Source: Eremomyces bilateralis CBS 781.70 (lineage: Eukaryota). From it: a stretch of 64,000 nucleotides of DNA. The stretch is from assembly GCA_010015585.1 (NCBI GenBank), contig ML975172.1; one strand, 5' to 3'. The translations under genes and the position numbers were made by a program. Below are positions 24,406 to 36,340 of the stretch, piece after piece (the first letter of the stretch is position 1; every line of letters starts with the position of its first letter). The notes under the pieces were generated by a model that was not told where the DNA came from, did not search any database, and saw only the letters and a list, made by a program, of their open reading frames with translations.

Positions 24406-27332
24406 ATGCCTGGTAACGAGCCTCAAACCAATCCAGTGGAAGTCCAGCATGCGATGTACCCTCCCGGCCCAAGCCAAAACGCGCATGGATCCAATCTCAT
24501 GACGGTGGATGGCAGGGCCGTACGGCTCTTTTTAGAGTGGATCACCGGATTTGGAGCTTCCTCGCCTCCAGCAGACGAAGAGTTCAAAGCTTTCGCTTGC
24601 CTTACACGTGTCCCCGTTGATGTTGTCCGAACTTGGTTTGCGAATTATCCTGTCGTATCTGGAAATGACTCAGGCTTCCATTCTGGACATCAGACTTCAA
24701 CACTCTCAGCTATCCCTAGCCTACCGTCATCGGGCACCGCTGCAAGCTCGACTCCACTTAGTGAAAAGACCTGTCCCAGAAGCCGAAGAGAATTGTGCAA
24801 GCGGACGTTGGATGAGAGTTGCTTGGGACGAAGCTCAGACTCGATCTATCAATGTACCCGAAAATGCGGTAGACGATTCCGGAGACGGGATATGTGGGAG
24901 AGACATGAATGTATATTCCTCCCTTCTCCACGATACCACTGCTCGATTTGTGTCTCCGAAAAAGGAAATGCGAGGGTCTTGTGTCGGAAGGACAAACTCC
25001 GGGAGCATTTCAAGCGCTTCCATCCGACGCTGAATCCGAAAAATTACGAAATCTCTAGCAAAATTAAATCTGCGGGAGTGCTTCCGACCTGGTGCGGTTT
25101 TTGTCAAAAGCGCGACCAATTTTTTGACCTCGATCAGCGATTTGGACACATCGCAAACCATTTCAAAGAAAGGAAGTGCATGCTTGAGTGGGTCGATGAA
25201 GAAACTCAAAAGGAGGTCACAGAACAAGACAATGACGACTTCGGTGGGAACGAGCCTGGAGAGGACTGGAATTTCTTCGAAGACCTCGACTGGAACGACC
25301 TTGACTTCAATGGTAGCGGACACAGCTCAGCCGGTAATGGATATATCTCCAACAGCAACTACTCCGGGTTCGGCGGACACAATTTCAGTCGATTCTGTCT
25401 CCGGATGGCTGACCATAGTATCATCTATCCTCACCTGACCCCTGAGAACTTTGTCAGTCGGCGTCTCTTGGGCGTGGGAGCCTTTTCAATTGTTGATGAG
25501 GTTATTGGGCTACTCTCTTTGATGAAATTTGCGCGCAAAGTGCCCACTAGCTCTGCACGCGCTGCCTACCATGCGTACAACGAAATCGAAATCTTGAAAC
25601 GCATCAGCCATCCACACATTGTCTCGTTGGTTGGGACCATCTCATTCAAAGGTCGGACAGCATTGCTTCTGTTACCAGCCGCCGATATCAACCTCAGAGT
25701 TTGGTTACGAAACCTTGATGAAGCTAGACCTCAGCGTTTAGGGAAACTAGTTGCAATCTTCTCGCAGCTTACCTCTGGATTGCATTATCTTCATGGAAGA
25801 ACGCCGCCGATTATTCATGGAGATATCAAGCCTGAAAACATCCTCATTATTGAGTCAAGGTCCCGTCCCATCCAGGCCTTTTTGAGCGACTTTGGCTCTG
25901 CACAGCGATTTGGACCCCGCAGGTATGGACAAGAAATTGGCCCCATAACAACGGTCTATGCTGCCACTGAATTGAGACGGCCAGGAGCTACTATCAGCCG
26001 GTCTGCCGATATATGGTCACTAGGATGTATCATGCTCGAAGCACTGATCTGGATTCTTGATGGAAAAGTTCCTGATAGAGCACTTTCCGGAGTTTGGACT
26101 AAACCCATGGAGCAGCTAGCACACCTAGGGACGATTTTGGAATATCAGAGAACGCCGTTGATAGGCATGTTCGACTATATCAAGTCAATGCTTAACGAAG
26201 ATCCCGCAAAGAGACCTGATATTGGTACGGTTGGGAAGGCCTTAGAATCCTGCATCGAGTATGTTATTCTCAGGCTTGGCCTTCTCATTGAAAATGAATA
26301 ACGCTGACACCTCATTGGCTCCGATCTAGATTAGGTGGGGTTCTCAAACTCCCCCATTACCCTCTGGCGGTCCGTAGAGAGCGTCATGAAGAAGGTGCCC
26401 GCAAATCTAGTAACGAGTCGCAACTCGATCTAGACCTTCTCGGTCTTAGCATGAAACCACTCGACGACTATTTTATCCTAAGACATGCTCTGAATAATTC
26501 TGGTCAAATCTGGGACTTGCTCCGGTTGCACAGTCGACTCATTGAAACCAGGTCACTCGATATCGTTGAGTCAAGTCGCTGGAATGAAATGTCGAACAAG
26601 TTACGTGCTGATTCAATGGCCGTGGAGCTTGGCATTGGATCGGAGGACGACGATACGAGCCTAGAAACTGATATTGCCTCGGATCCGTTTGTCGAGTTGA
26701 AGATCAGTACGCAATCTCCACCAGGGAGCATGCGGGATACCCCTCTTGTTCCTTCACGCCGCTGCGTAGTTGAATCATGGCTTTCCAACCCCGAAAGCTG
26801 GTCACTTAGGAAGGCACCGGAATTCGCGCACCGTTCACTGCCAGTTGTTGTCCCTAGCTCGCAGAAAGTCTGCCTTCATTCGCAAGCTAAGGAATTCCCC
26901 AACTCTTTCGAAGTTTTGGATTCAGAGGTCGAATGTGGAAGCACTGATGCCAACGTGCGATCCAAGCCTCTCAAGTTCTCATGCTGGTTTGAAGGCTTCG
27001 AAGAGCAGTCATCGGCGGGTCCATCCTATTATACTGGGGAACGGCTATACTCCGTTTTGTCAATGAACGAATCGCAATATGAAGGATCCTGGACTGCTGA
27101 CGAATTTGCCATTGGAGGTAAGATTGAAAGAGCTGCTACGCACACTCCAAGGCTGGACGGGGACACCATCGGCACCTTGACTTCTGGAATTATGCGTTCC
27201 CCGATTGAGGACGCGTTTGGATCCAAGAGCATGACGGAGAGCAAGGATCGAGATGATGGCTTGGAAGACCTCTCATCGGCATATGACAATCCTGTAGCCT
27301 TCGATCTAGGGTTTCCATTCTCTCCTAGTTAG
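24406..27332 (+). CDS. Homeodomain-like / C2H2 zinc finger / Ser-Thr protein kinase fusion with C-terminal extension
   Basis: LTRVPVDVVRTWFANY; three C2H2-like fingers; kinase LGVGAFSIV, ARK, HGDIKPEN, DFG, DIWSLGC. Intron 26259-26329 puts ORF 26451-27332 in frame. Short 5' exons upstream of the acceptor at 24384 are possible. Confidence 0.8.
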
Positions 27333-29216
27333 TTATCCGAGTCTCGTAGATAGAATGGTAGCGGCTATCCCAACCCTTTCGCATCCTGAAGAGAATCTAA
27401 GACCACACAAAGTAATGAAAAGCAGAAGAAATAACTGCGATCATTACCAGCATGACCATGGTGCTTATATGGACGTATTCCTATTTGCTAGATATCCTAC
27501 CTGCTCCTAGATTTCTAATGCTGATTTTATAATGTAATCTGTTATTTGCAACCAGAACGCCACTTACATGGACAATCCACTTCAGAACGCATTAATTAGA
27601 GAGCACCAATGGGCAAGGATGTCGGTTATAACCCCAATCGGTTGTTTACAACCGCCAAGACCTGTCTGCATGCAATTGGCTTATAATTAGTTGGTCCTCG
27701 ACCGATTCTGCTCATAGATCGACCTCAAACCTCATTACCCACCTCCGTACCCGCCATAGGTGAAAACGCGACTCGCCGAGCCAGTCGTCAACGTCGATGA
27801 CCTCTCTCGGTCGATTCGTCCGCCTTCCTAAGGCAAGTCTAAGCATTGAGCAAGCATTGATTCAGTGGGTAGTCCAGACACGGCAGCCATTCACGGTGGT
27901 GGAGCATTCTTTATTTCAAACAGTCTTTGAAGCTGGCAATGTCAAGCTTTCCGTTAAGAGCGCGGATACTCTCTATAATTAATCGAATCAAGGATGAGTT
28001 CTCCAAAAGCGGAATAGAGCTACGCTCAAGCAAGGCTTGGCACAAAGTTTGCCACTCCATTGCGCTATCGCTCGATGCTTGGACGTCCGAGAATCAATTA
28101 CCGATCTTGGGTGTGATCGGTTATTAGATCACCCTAGACTTCGAAAAGCGAGAAGTCCTCCTAGACTTTGCGGAAATCCAGGGGCCTTACTCAGGCCGAA
28201 ACCTGGCCGATTGCCTTCTTACCATAATTTACGAACTAACTTAGACATCGCTCCGAAAGTTCTAACTATTACGGGCGACAATGCTTGCAATAATGGCACC
28301 CTTTATAATATTCTATATACCGAGCTACTAAAAGAATATAAGGATGCGGATGATGGCCTCGGTCTCAAGCCACTATGGTAATGCGATTCCATGGCCGGAG
28401 AAGCTTCATTCGTTATTTGGCTGATGTTATCAATCTCGTCTACAAGGAAATTCTAGCAGCAATAGGATCGAGTTCGAATAGGGAAGCTAAGATAGCGTAA
28501 GATGAATTGGAACTTCATAAGAACCGGTCCCTCCTAACCACGAGTGAGGAGAAAAGTGCCATTGCCAAGATCCGTCTTCTCGTCCTCTGGGTTGCCCGAA
28601 GTCCACAGCGCCGCCAAGATAGAAGCTCGTCTCTCCAACTAAGCAAATTAACTACGACGTCGATACTCGATAGAACTCGATATATATCATAATCACCCAG
28701 GCGATCCGCCTTCGAAGAGAGCTTACACAGTTTATACGCACTCATCCCGACGTGAGGATACTACATCTTGTGGACGCAGAATGGTCCACCCCGGAGCAAA
28801 TTGAGAGGATTCTGAAACCGTTTTGGGATCATACTAACCACGTTTAAAGAGTTGTCCGAGCCTTATGGACTGCCTCCTAATATATTGCGCCCTCGATGAC
28901 TTTCTAGACGACAATCACACGGCGAAAGGCGGGTTTAAAGACGTGGGTATCAACCTTAGAGAGGCGATAGGAAGAGCGAGGAGGAAAATGGATAAGTTTA
29001 TTAAGATGATGGACAACAACATCCTATACTACGTGGCGGCGGTCCTCGATCCGCGCATTAAGACGTCCCTGATCGAAGCACAGATGAACAAAGAGGGTGC
29101 TGAACTGATCGTTTCCGAAGTACGCGAATTCTTCAAGCATAAATATCCATTTCACCCTAGTCTACCATTAGAGGCGGAACGCCCATCAGGTATGCCTAAG
29201 TTACGGTGGAAGACAC

Positions 29217-29485
29217 TGTGAGATAAATAGCGGTTTCGCTCAATCAGGTGATTAATGCAGGGACACGGTGGGAAAACCCCGTTAGATTCCAAAAGAGCGT
29301 AGATAGATTGAACTTGATCCTGAAGAGCCGGATCCTACGAAAACAGGCTGTTCTTGCAGCTATTTTATATGGTTTACAATGGTCAATGGTGATCTATTCC
29401 CTAAAAAGGGAAAGAATGGGGGTATATAATCGAATACGGAATGAAGCCGTGGGGAAACGCCAAGAAACACAGATATTCTGTGACA
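29217..29485. mobile_element. 269-bp TG...CA insertion (solo LTR-like) nested in the hAT transposase
   Basis: AGACAC|TGTGAGA...TGTGACA|AGACAC. Excision restores the hAT frame LRWKTLQRVQPYP...SDVDRYFDS. Confidence 0.85.
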
Positions 29486-29721
29486 AGACACTTCAGCGGG
29501 TTCAGCCGTATCCATGTACGCAGGCTTCGGACGTCGACCGATACTTCGATTCTCTCCAGCTAGCTGGTCGCATCCCTCGTTTGCGGACGGTGACCCTGAC
29601 TGGGTATTGAAATGGTGGAAAGCAAATGCGCCTGACTTTCCTTGCATGGCTCAAGCGGTACGCGACTAATAATGAGGCGTTAGATGTTACAACTTCATTT
29701 GCCTAACTATATATATGCGAA

Positions 29722-29845
29722 GTATTCATGAATAATATGAATGTTCATGAATATGAATATAAGGCGTAATCATATTCACATTATTCGCCAAGACTTTTAC
29801 GGTATTCATATTCACAAATTATTCATATTATTCGTATTCATTTCG
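29722..29845. repeat. GAATAT/ATATTC direct and inverted subterminal repeats
   Basis: Multiple GAATAT/TGAATA units followed by complementary TATTCA units before GGAGCTCTA. Confidence 0.75.
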
Positions 29846-31222
29846 GAGCTCTATCAGCATTGGATTCTGCTATGCTTCACATCTCGCCGCTACGCAGGAA
29901 ATATTAACGAGTCGAACCCGAGGTGATATCTTTGATACTCAGACCCAGGGAGGTTTGTTAGCCTCATCACGGTTGGTAACCAGCTTTGATCGTCATAAAC
30001 ATATTTTTCTCAACCTCTTCATTCCCAAGTCTCGTACTGTTCACAGTGTCGAGTTCAGTCAGTCGTTCGCTCAATTTCCAACAACACCATTATATAAATA
30101 CTACTTTTCCTCAGCTTTTGTCTCATTAGTGACCATTCTCTCCCCGGCTTCAGGTTGGTGAGACCACTACGACGCAATATTCCTGAAACCTCCCGACAGA
30201 GTGTCCGTGTGTCTACTAACAATGACTAAAACAAAATTGCTTAGTTAACTAGTTATATGTAACTAATCTAGATCCTCATAATATCCGAAGACCCGTTCTG
30301 TGCCCAGCAACTGTTGGAGATCCGCACTTCAGCCTTACAGGACATACTGTACCGTTTCTCTTTGGCTACCCTTCCTAGAGTATTGAGGGCGAACTTCTGA
30401 TGATGGAGCGAGTCGTGCAGAGCTGAACTGACTGGGAGTTGAATTGAAGACACGGCTCACTCAGTCGCCGAATCACAAGGATTAAGAAGTAGTATAAGAA
30501 ACTCCGCAAACTTGGCGCTCATTGTTTGCAGATCGTTACTATTACTACTACAAAGCCACTCGGGAAGGTCGCTTTGAGAAGCATTTTGAGGTAGGATATC
30601 CGAGCAGTTCCAAAGCCGTGTGGGTGTCGTTCCAAGACCGACTCCTCCTTCATTTATTCAACAGCGAGCAAGCCAAATTAGCCATGGCCAAAGACATAGA
30701 CAAGCGGTGTGCGGTCATCCAGGAACTTGAAGGAGCGTAATTCTGTGAGGATTCTAGCGAGATTTACAGGCTGGTTTAGGAACCCCCAATCATGTTAATA
30801 TCGAGAGTGATTGGCCATTCAAGTGCGGTTATGAGGACTGCACATATATGTGTAAGTTTGGTTGGCAAAGACACATAAACAGAGAATCTTATGGCATGCC
30901 TATGAAAACCATGTGCTAATTCCAGGTACTGTACCTCGTAGGTAAAATATGTAGTATCTAGGCACCATTATCAGTGGGTTCTGGGCGCAGTAAATGTAAA
31001 GGTCAAGGCACAAAACCCCTCGCACAACACTTATCCTGGATTGCGCGTTATTTTTCTCCAATTTCTACTGCTTCGCACTTCTAGAGACTCTGATGTACGC
31101 ACCACTCTGCTGAGGATCACATCCTAAGAAGCATTTTCCATATTTTCGTTCCTCTTGGGTTTTCCTTTCGCTCTAGAGTCTTTCATCCAATCATTATGCA
31201 CTCACCTGCCGCCAAACGAATC

Positions 31223-31683
31223 ATGCATCTCAATGCTGATATACACCTCTGACGCTGGCACAGAATGCTGGGTCTATCACGGCAAACGCCTCCATCATGG
31301 TACCGAGACCGAGTCCGCGAAGAGCTGCAGGAACGCCGGTCCGCCGAGTCCTTCTGTCAAAAGGTCAGCGAGACATCCGATGTCTTCTTCCCCCTCAGCC
31401 GCGCTCAATATGATGGCTTCCCAGTTCGCAAACTACCCGAGTTTGTGGCCTACCACCATGGTTTGGTTTATTCGTACATGATAACGAAGTACACTTTGCG
31501 CTGGAGCTTCTATCGGACGGCTGCAATGCTCTGCAATGTGCCTCGCTACGACCTCGTACGGGAGGTGGTGAGTCCTGGGAAAGATCCCAACTTGACGAGG
31601 TTGCTTCCCGGCACCAGATTGACCCTTTGGAGTATAAGCGAGTTAGTCGCCGACTACGACGGGTATGGCCACTTCTCCCCTGA
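31223..31683 (+). pseudogene. Small protein with MazG-like (all-alpha NTP pyrophosphatase) acidic motif, disrupted
   Basis: Reconstructed MHLNADIHL*RWHRMLGL...WYRDRVREELQERRSA...KVSETSDVFF...EVVSPGKDP/LDEVASRHQIDP...RRVWPLLP*. TGA at 31250; 1-nt frameshift near 31590. Confidence 0.55.
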
Positions 31684-32251
31684 GAACAGCTCCGGGTATG
31701 TGGGAGGCATGACCTCTGGTTCCATTATGACGGATAGGAAGCAAATGATGAACTACGATTTTATATTTCTGGATGGTTAGATCTTGTTTTACGACTGAAA
31801 GGGTTCTGGTAGATGCGGAAACGCTGTCCAGCAACTTCCAAAAGCCAAAGATTGTATGCACTTGTGAGATGGTGACGATTCCCTGTTTGCTCGCCTTTCA
31901 TATTTCATATTTGCTTCTCCGCATTCAACCATTCGGTGGACAGGGGCACGTTTGTCAGAACAATCAGTGGGCAGGCAACATAAACATCAACAAAAGCAAC
32001 GTGCTTACTATTAATCAGACTAGAGCAGCGTGAAGCATCTATGCGAGTCTATAATTACAGCCCTTCATTATCTGCGGTGGTTGGATTGTGCCTCGTTGAG
32101 GTCAGTTTGCCTTCGTGGCTCCGTAGTCCCCTTCACTGGAATCCGAAGTATAAAGGCAGTTCCATCCGAAGGCGATTGGATCTCATCGAAAAATTCATCT
32201 TCAAGGTTATTTCATGACGAGCAACCGATCGAACACGGTCACCGAACCCTG

Positions 32252-34296
32252 ATGGATTCTCTGTCCGACCAGCCTACAGGCTCAGATGCCGGATCCTCTT
32301 CCAACGTTAAACCAGTAATCATCGGCATCTACGGAATACCAGGGTCAGGCAAGACATTCTTGCTGAACCAACTCCAAAAAGAACTCGAAGGAGAGGATTT
32401 CAAGTTCTATTAAGGCTCAGAGGTGATTGCCAGTCTCACTGCCGGCGGTCTCCGTGCTTTCCAGGCTCTAGAGGAGAGTTCGAAACAAAACCAGCGGAAA
32501 CTTGCCATCGACTGGATCCGAAATGAATGCGTGGAGAGCAAAAATGTTGAGGTAGTCACTGGACACTACATGTTTTGGCCTGAGGGAGGAGTTGAACGCA
32601 GGGTATACACTCCAAATGACCTGGACACGTTCACGCATATCATCTACATGACCGTTGCCCCCAAACTGGTGATGGAGCAACTCCTGAAGGATACCAGAAG
32701 CCGACCACCCATGTCAATTGAACACCTGAAGAGGTGGCAAGAAACCGAACAAACCGAGCTGCTTGGACTTTGCTACGAGCATAGCATCCTATTCACAGTC
32801 AGTTTCGCAACCGGGCGTGGCCTCGAAGATCATACACTGCTTCCAATGTAAAGATGAAGGCATCAACCTAGAAAGCATCGAAAAGAGCTCGACGAAATCC
32901 TGGAGGCTGCTGGAGGGCAAGGAAAGCTATATACAGTGGTAGTCTTCGATGCCGATAGGACATTGGCTGCCGAGGACAGCGGTACACTGTTTTGGGAAAA
33001 GCTCGATCAGGTTATGCAACCGCTCCCTCGCGATAACCCCGTTGAAGGCCCTATTCAGCAGCCCCATGGGGTATTCTTATACCGCGTTTCGTCAAGCCGC
33101 TTTATTATATGAAGAGGCGGTGGACAACATCGTGTTCGAGGCCCTCTGCGAATCTACGGCCGCTGCATAACGATGCACCCTGGGCTCGTATTGTTGTTGC
33201 GAGAAATAGCAGGACAGGAGCATATCACCGCACTGGTTGTCACTTGTGGACTGCGTCTGGTCTGGGAAAAAGTACTTGAGAGACAAGGCCTGTCGAACAC
33301 CGTGAATGTCATCGGCAGCGGTCAAGCCGGTGACGCATCGATCGTTACTCCGGCTGTGAAAGCCGCATTGGTTAGACGTTTCCGGAATACTTTTAAGACA
33401 TATGTCTGGGCGTTTGGAGATAGTGTTCTGGATTTGCCCATGCTCCAGGCGGCGGACGTACCCATTGTTGTAGTTGGGGAGGAGCATCAAAGAGGCAAAT
33501 CCATGGACCAGCCACTGCTGGACGCTATCAACAAGGGTCTTGAAGCGCACCAATTGGTCATACCGAGCACCGCCTCCTGTCGACTCGATTCAGGGAAACT
33601 TCCACTCGTGAAGTCCACGATCGAGGCGTTTATCAGCTCAATCTTGTTGGGTCGGAGTGAACGAAACTTGTCTCGGGTCCGTCATGGAACAGGCTGTAAC
33701 TCAGCCAAACTTCTCATGACGCCGACGCGCGACTCGAAAGTTGCTAGTCCTATCCTGAGAGAAGCCCATCGCCGAGTTTGATGGTACCTTGCGGTGAGTA
33801 TCTAACCGGCATGATCGGCATGGAAGAGTATGCGATTCCCCACGTCCAGGGCCACGAGACGATTGGATATCGACTTTGTCACGAAGGACAGACTTTGATC
33901 GTGGCATTGATGCGCGGGGGAGAGCCAATGGCTATGGGCGTTAACGATGCCTTTCCACTCGCCATGTTCATGCACGCATCGCAGCCTTCTCATGTGACGC
34001 CTCATCATCTGGAGGGACAACGGACGGTGCTTCTGGTGGACTCGATGGTGAACAGCGGCAAGGCGGCCACTGGTTTCATACAACACGTCCATAAACTGGA
34101 CTCTACGGTTCAAATTGTGGTGGTTGCGGGAGTTGTCCAGGTCGAGTCGATCAGGGTCGGAGATCTAGCCGCGGAACTTGACCTGAGACGGAATGTTAGC
34201 CTCATCGTTCTCCGTCTTTCGGATAATAAATTCACCGGCGAAGGAACTACCGATACTGGCAATCGACTCTTCAATACGACTCGACTGGATGGATGA
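32252..34296 (+). pseudogene. P-loop nucleoside/nucleotide kinase - HAD phosphatase - uracil-PRTase-like triple fusion, pseudogenised
   Basis: IGIYGIPGSGKT; HAD FDADRTL (32948), VVTCG, K, FGDSVLDLPML; PRTase ALMRGG, LLVDSMVNSG, TDTGNRLF. Stops at 32411 and 33779 and about five frameshifts. Confidence 0.85.
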
Positions 34297-34886
34297 TGTG
34301 GGTTGTAAACTCACGCCCAGAGCAGCGATTGAGTGAAGGAGAAGAGTGATTTGACAGCATACATATTTGGCAGCACACGTTCATAGAAATATATCATTGT
34401 TTCCCCTTCTCCAACAATCCCATTTTCAATGGCTCAGACGGTTCAGGGGCGTCTTCGTGATACGTGATGCAGTGGGAACCATCCATAGGTCATTTCTCGC
34501 CGTGAAAGTAATTTAAGTTCCAACTGTGCATGTAGACAATTTCTATTTATTAAGCAATTATTGAGTTGACTTTAGGGAAGAGAGACTTAGGGAACTTCAT
34601 TGACTCAGATATAACTAGAAATGAATCGAGATGTGGTGGACTTGACGTTTTATGGTTGGTATCAAAGTAAAGAAAGCGCAAGACGTCCAACGACAATGAA
34701 ATCCAAATATTGACTCTCACACTTACAAAGGCTTCCAACTTCCACATCTAACCAACTACGAAATCTCATTTTGATCGATCCAAGGATAATAGCAATACCT
34801 TACCCTCCCACATCACCCTGAATCACTAATCCAAACCAACCCCACCACCACATCTTCCCACGGTACGCTCTACCACCTGAGCAACC

Positions 34887-36173
34887 ATGCCACCCCCGAC
34901 GCGTCGCGCGCGCCAACAACCCGCCTCCCCACCGCGCATCCAAACCGAGTTCTCCGACTCGGACGACAGCCAGATCGGGGCATTTGAAGACGAGGGGACG
35001 CTGCCGTCGCAGGATGATGTGTTGCAGGAGAACGAGCAGGGAGGGGTAGTGGAGGAAGGGGAGGGGGAGGGGGAGGGGGAGGAGGATGGAGAGGAGAGAC
35101 AGGGTGAGTAGGAGTTTTTTTTCATCATTTTGATTTTAGGAGAGATAGGAGGGTTTGGATTCGGATTTGGATTTCGGGTCTTTGGGATTGGTTTCTTTTC
35201 TATATTTGAAAGAAAAAGCTGTGGTCTCCTTTGCGCGTCTCCATCGTCATCAATATTTATATGTCCATCCGCTTCAACCAAACCCTGCGCTGGAATATTA
35301 TACCTGCCAACCCTTCTCCCCCCAAATCTCTCTCCATCACCCCATCTTGCTTTTCATCCCCCTCTCACCTTCCAACTAACTCCCCCAGCAACCCCTACCC
35401 CACCCCCACTCCCTTCCCACCTCAAAGAAATCTCCTCCCTCGCCTCCTGGACCGTCACCTCCTCCAAACCCGGCTGCTCGATCCCGCAACTCCTCTCCCC
35501 CTCCACCTCCTCCTACTGGCAATCCGATGGCCCCCAACCCCATCACCTCAACATCCACTTCTTCAAGCTCGTCGAGATCGTCGCCATCCGCGTATTCCTG
35601 GACTTCGAGCTCGACGAGAGCTACACGCCGCAGAAGATTGAGTGGGCTGCGGGCATGGGGAATGCGGATTTGCTGGTGTGGAGTACTATGCGGGTCGAGA
35701 TGCCGAGGGGTTGGTGTTGGGTGGATTTTGGGGGAGTGGATGGGTGGGGGGCTAGGGGGAGGGAGGAGATGGAGGTCGATGGGGACGAGGCGGAGCGGGT
35801 GCGACGGGAGCCGGCAGTAGTGGAAGACGAGGGAGGGAGCAGCGAGGGGTCCTACTCATCGGGCGAGGATTCCGCTACCGAAGAGCCCTCGCAGGCGGAG
35901 GGGTCGGAAGGAAGGAGGAAGCGCAGACGACACCATCCGACGCTGCGGTGCATGTTGCTGCAGGTGCGGATCTTGGAGAACCATCAGAATGGGAAGGATA
36001 CGCATTTGCGGGGGTTACAGATCTTTGCGCGGGATGCGGGGGCGAAGGGGAGGGGTGGGGGGGAGGGGGTGAGGAGGGGGAAGGTTAGAATGCAGGAGCC
36101 GAGAGAGAGACTGGGGCGGGCGAGGAAGAACGTGAGGGAGCCGGTATGGGATGATATGCCGGATTTGAGATGA
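34887..36173 (+). CDS. APC10: Anaphase-promoting complex subunit 10 (DOC domain)
   Basis: Exon 1 34887-35103, intron 35104-35388. EISSLASWTVTSSKPG, YWQSDGPQPH, DESYTP, NHQNGKDTHLRG; C-terminal LR. Confidence 0.93.
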
Positions 36174-36340
36174 TGGATCGCAGGTCCAAAATATTTGATT
36201 ATGAGCGGATGCATGACATGAAGGCATTCTTGCCGTACAGTATGCATTGATATCTAGGTCAAATGTACGTGTCTAGCATGCGTAGAATGTGCCGCCGAAT
36301 TCCCATTACAAATCCAAAATTCCCCCTCACGTTGCTTTTC

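Larger units (their letters stand above)
27597..29853 (+). mobile_element. Degenerate hAT-family DNA transposon
   Basis: Fragments QPFTVVE, LSLDAWTS, ITGDNACNN, AAVLDPRIK, LKWWKANAPDFP with many stops and frameshifts. TAGAG-type termini with subterminal AACCG (left) and GAATAT/ATTCAT (right) repeats. Confidence 0.88.

Noticed and set aside
20762..30262. Recurring ACTAGTT/AACTAGTT palindromes (also near 1437 and 23743)
   Set aside because: Short TpA-rich words expected in AT-rich or RIP-affected intergenic DNA.
30268..30740. Degraded coding-like stretch
   Set aside because: Many stops and no recognisable family; cannot be supported.
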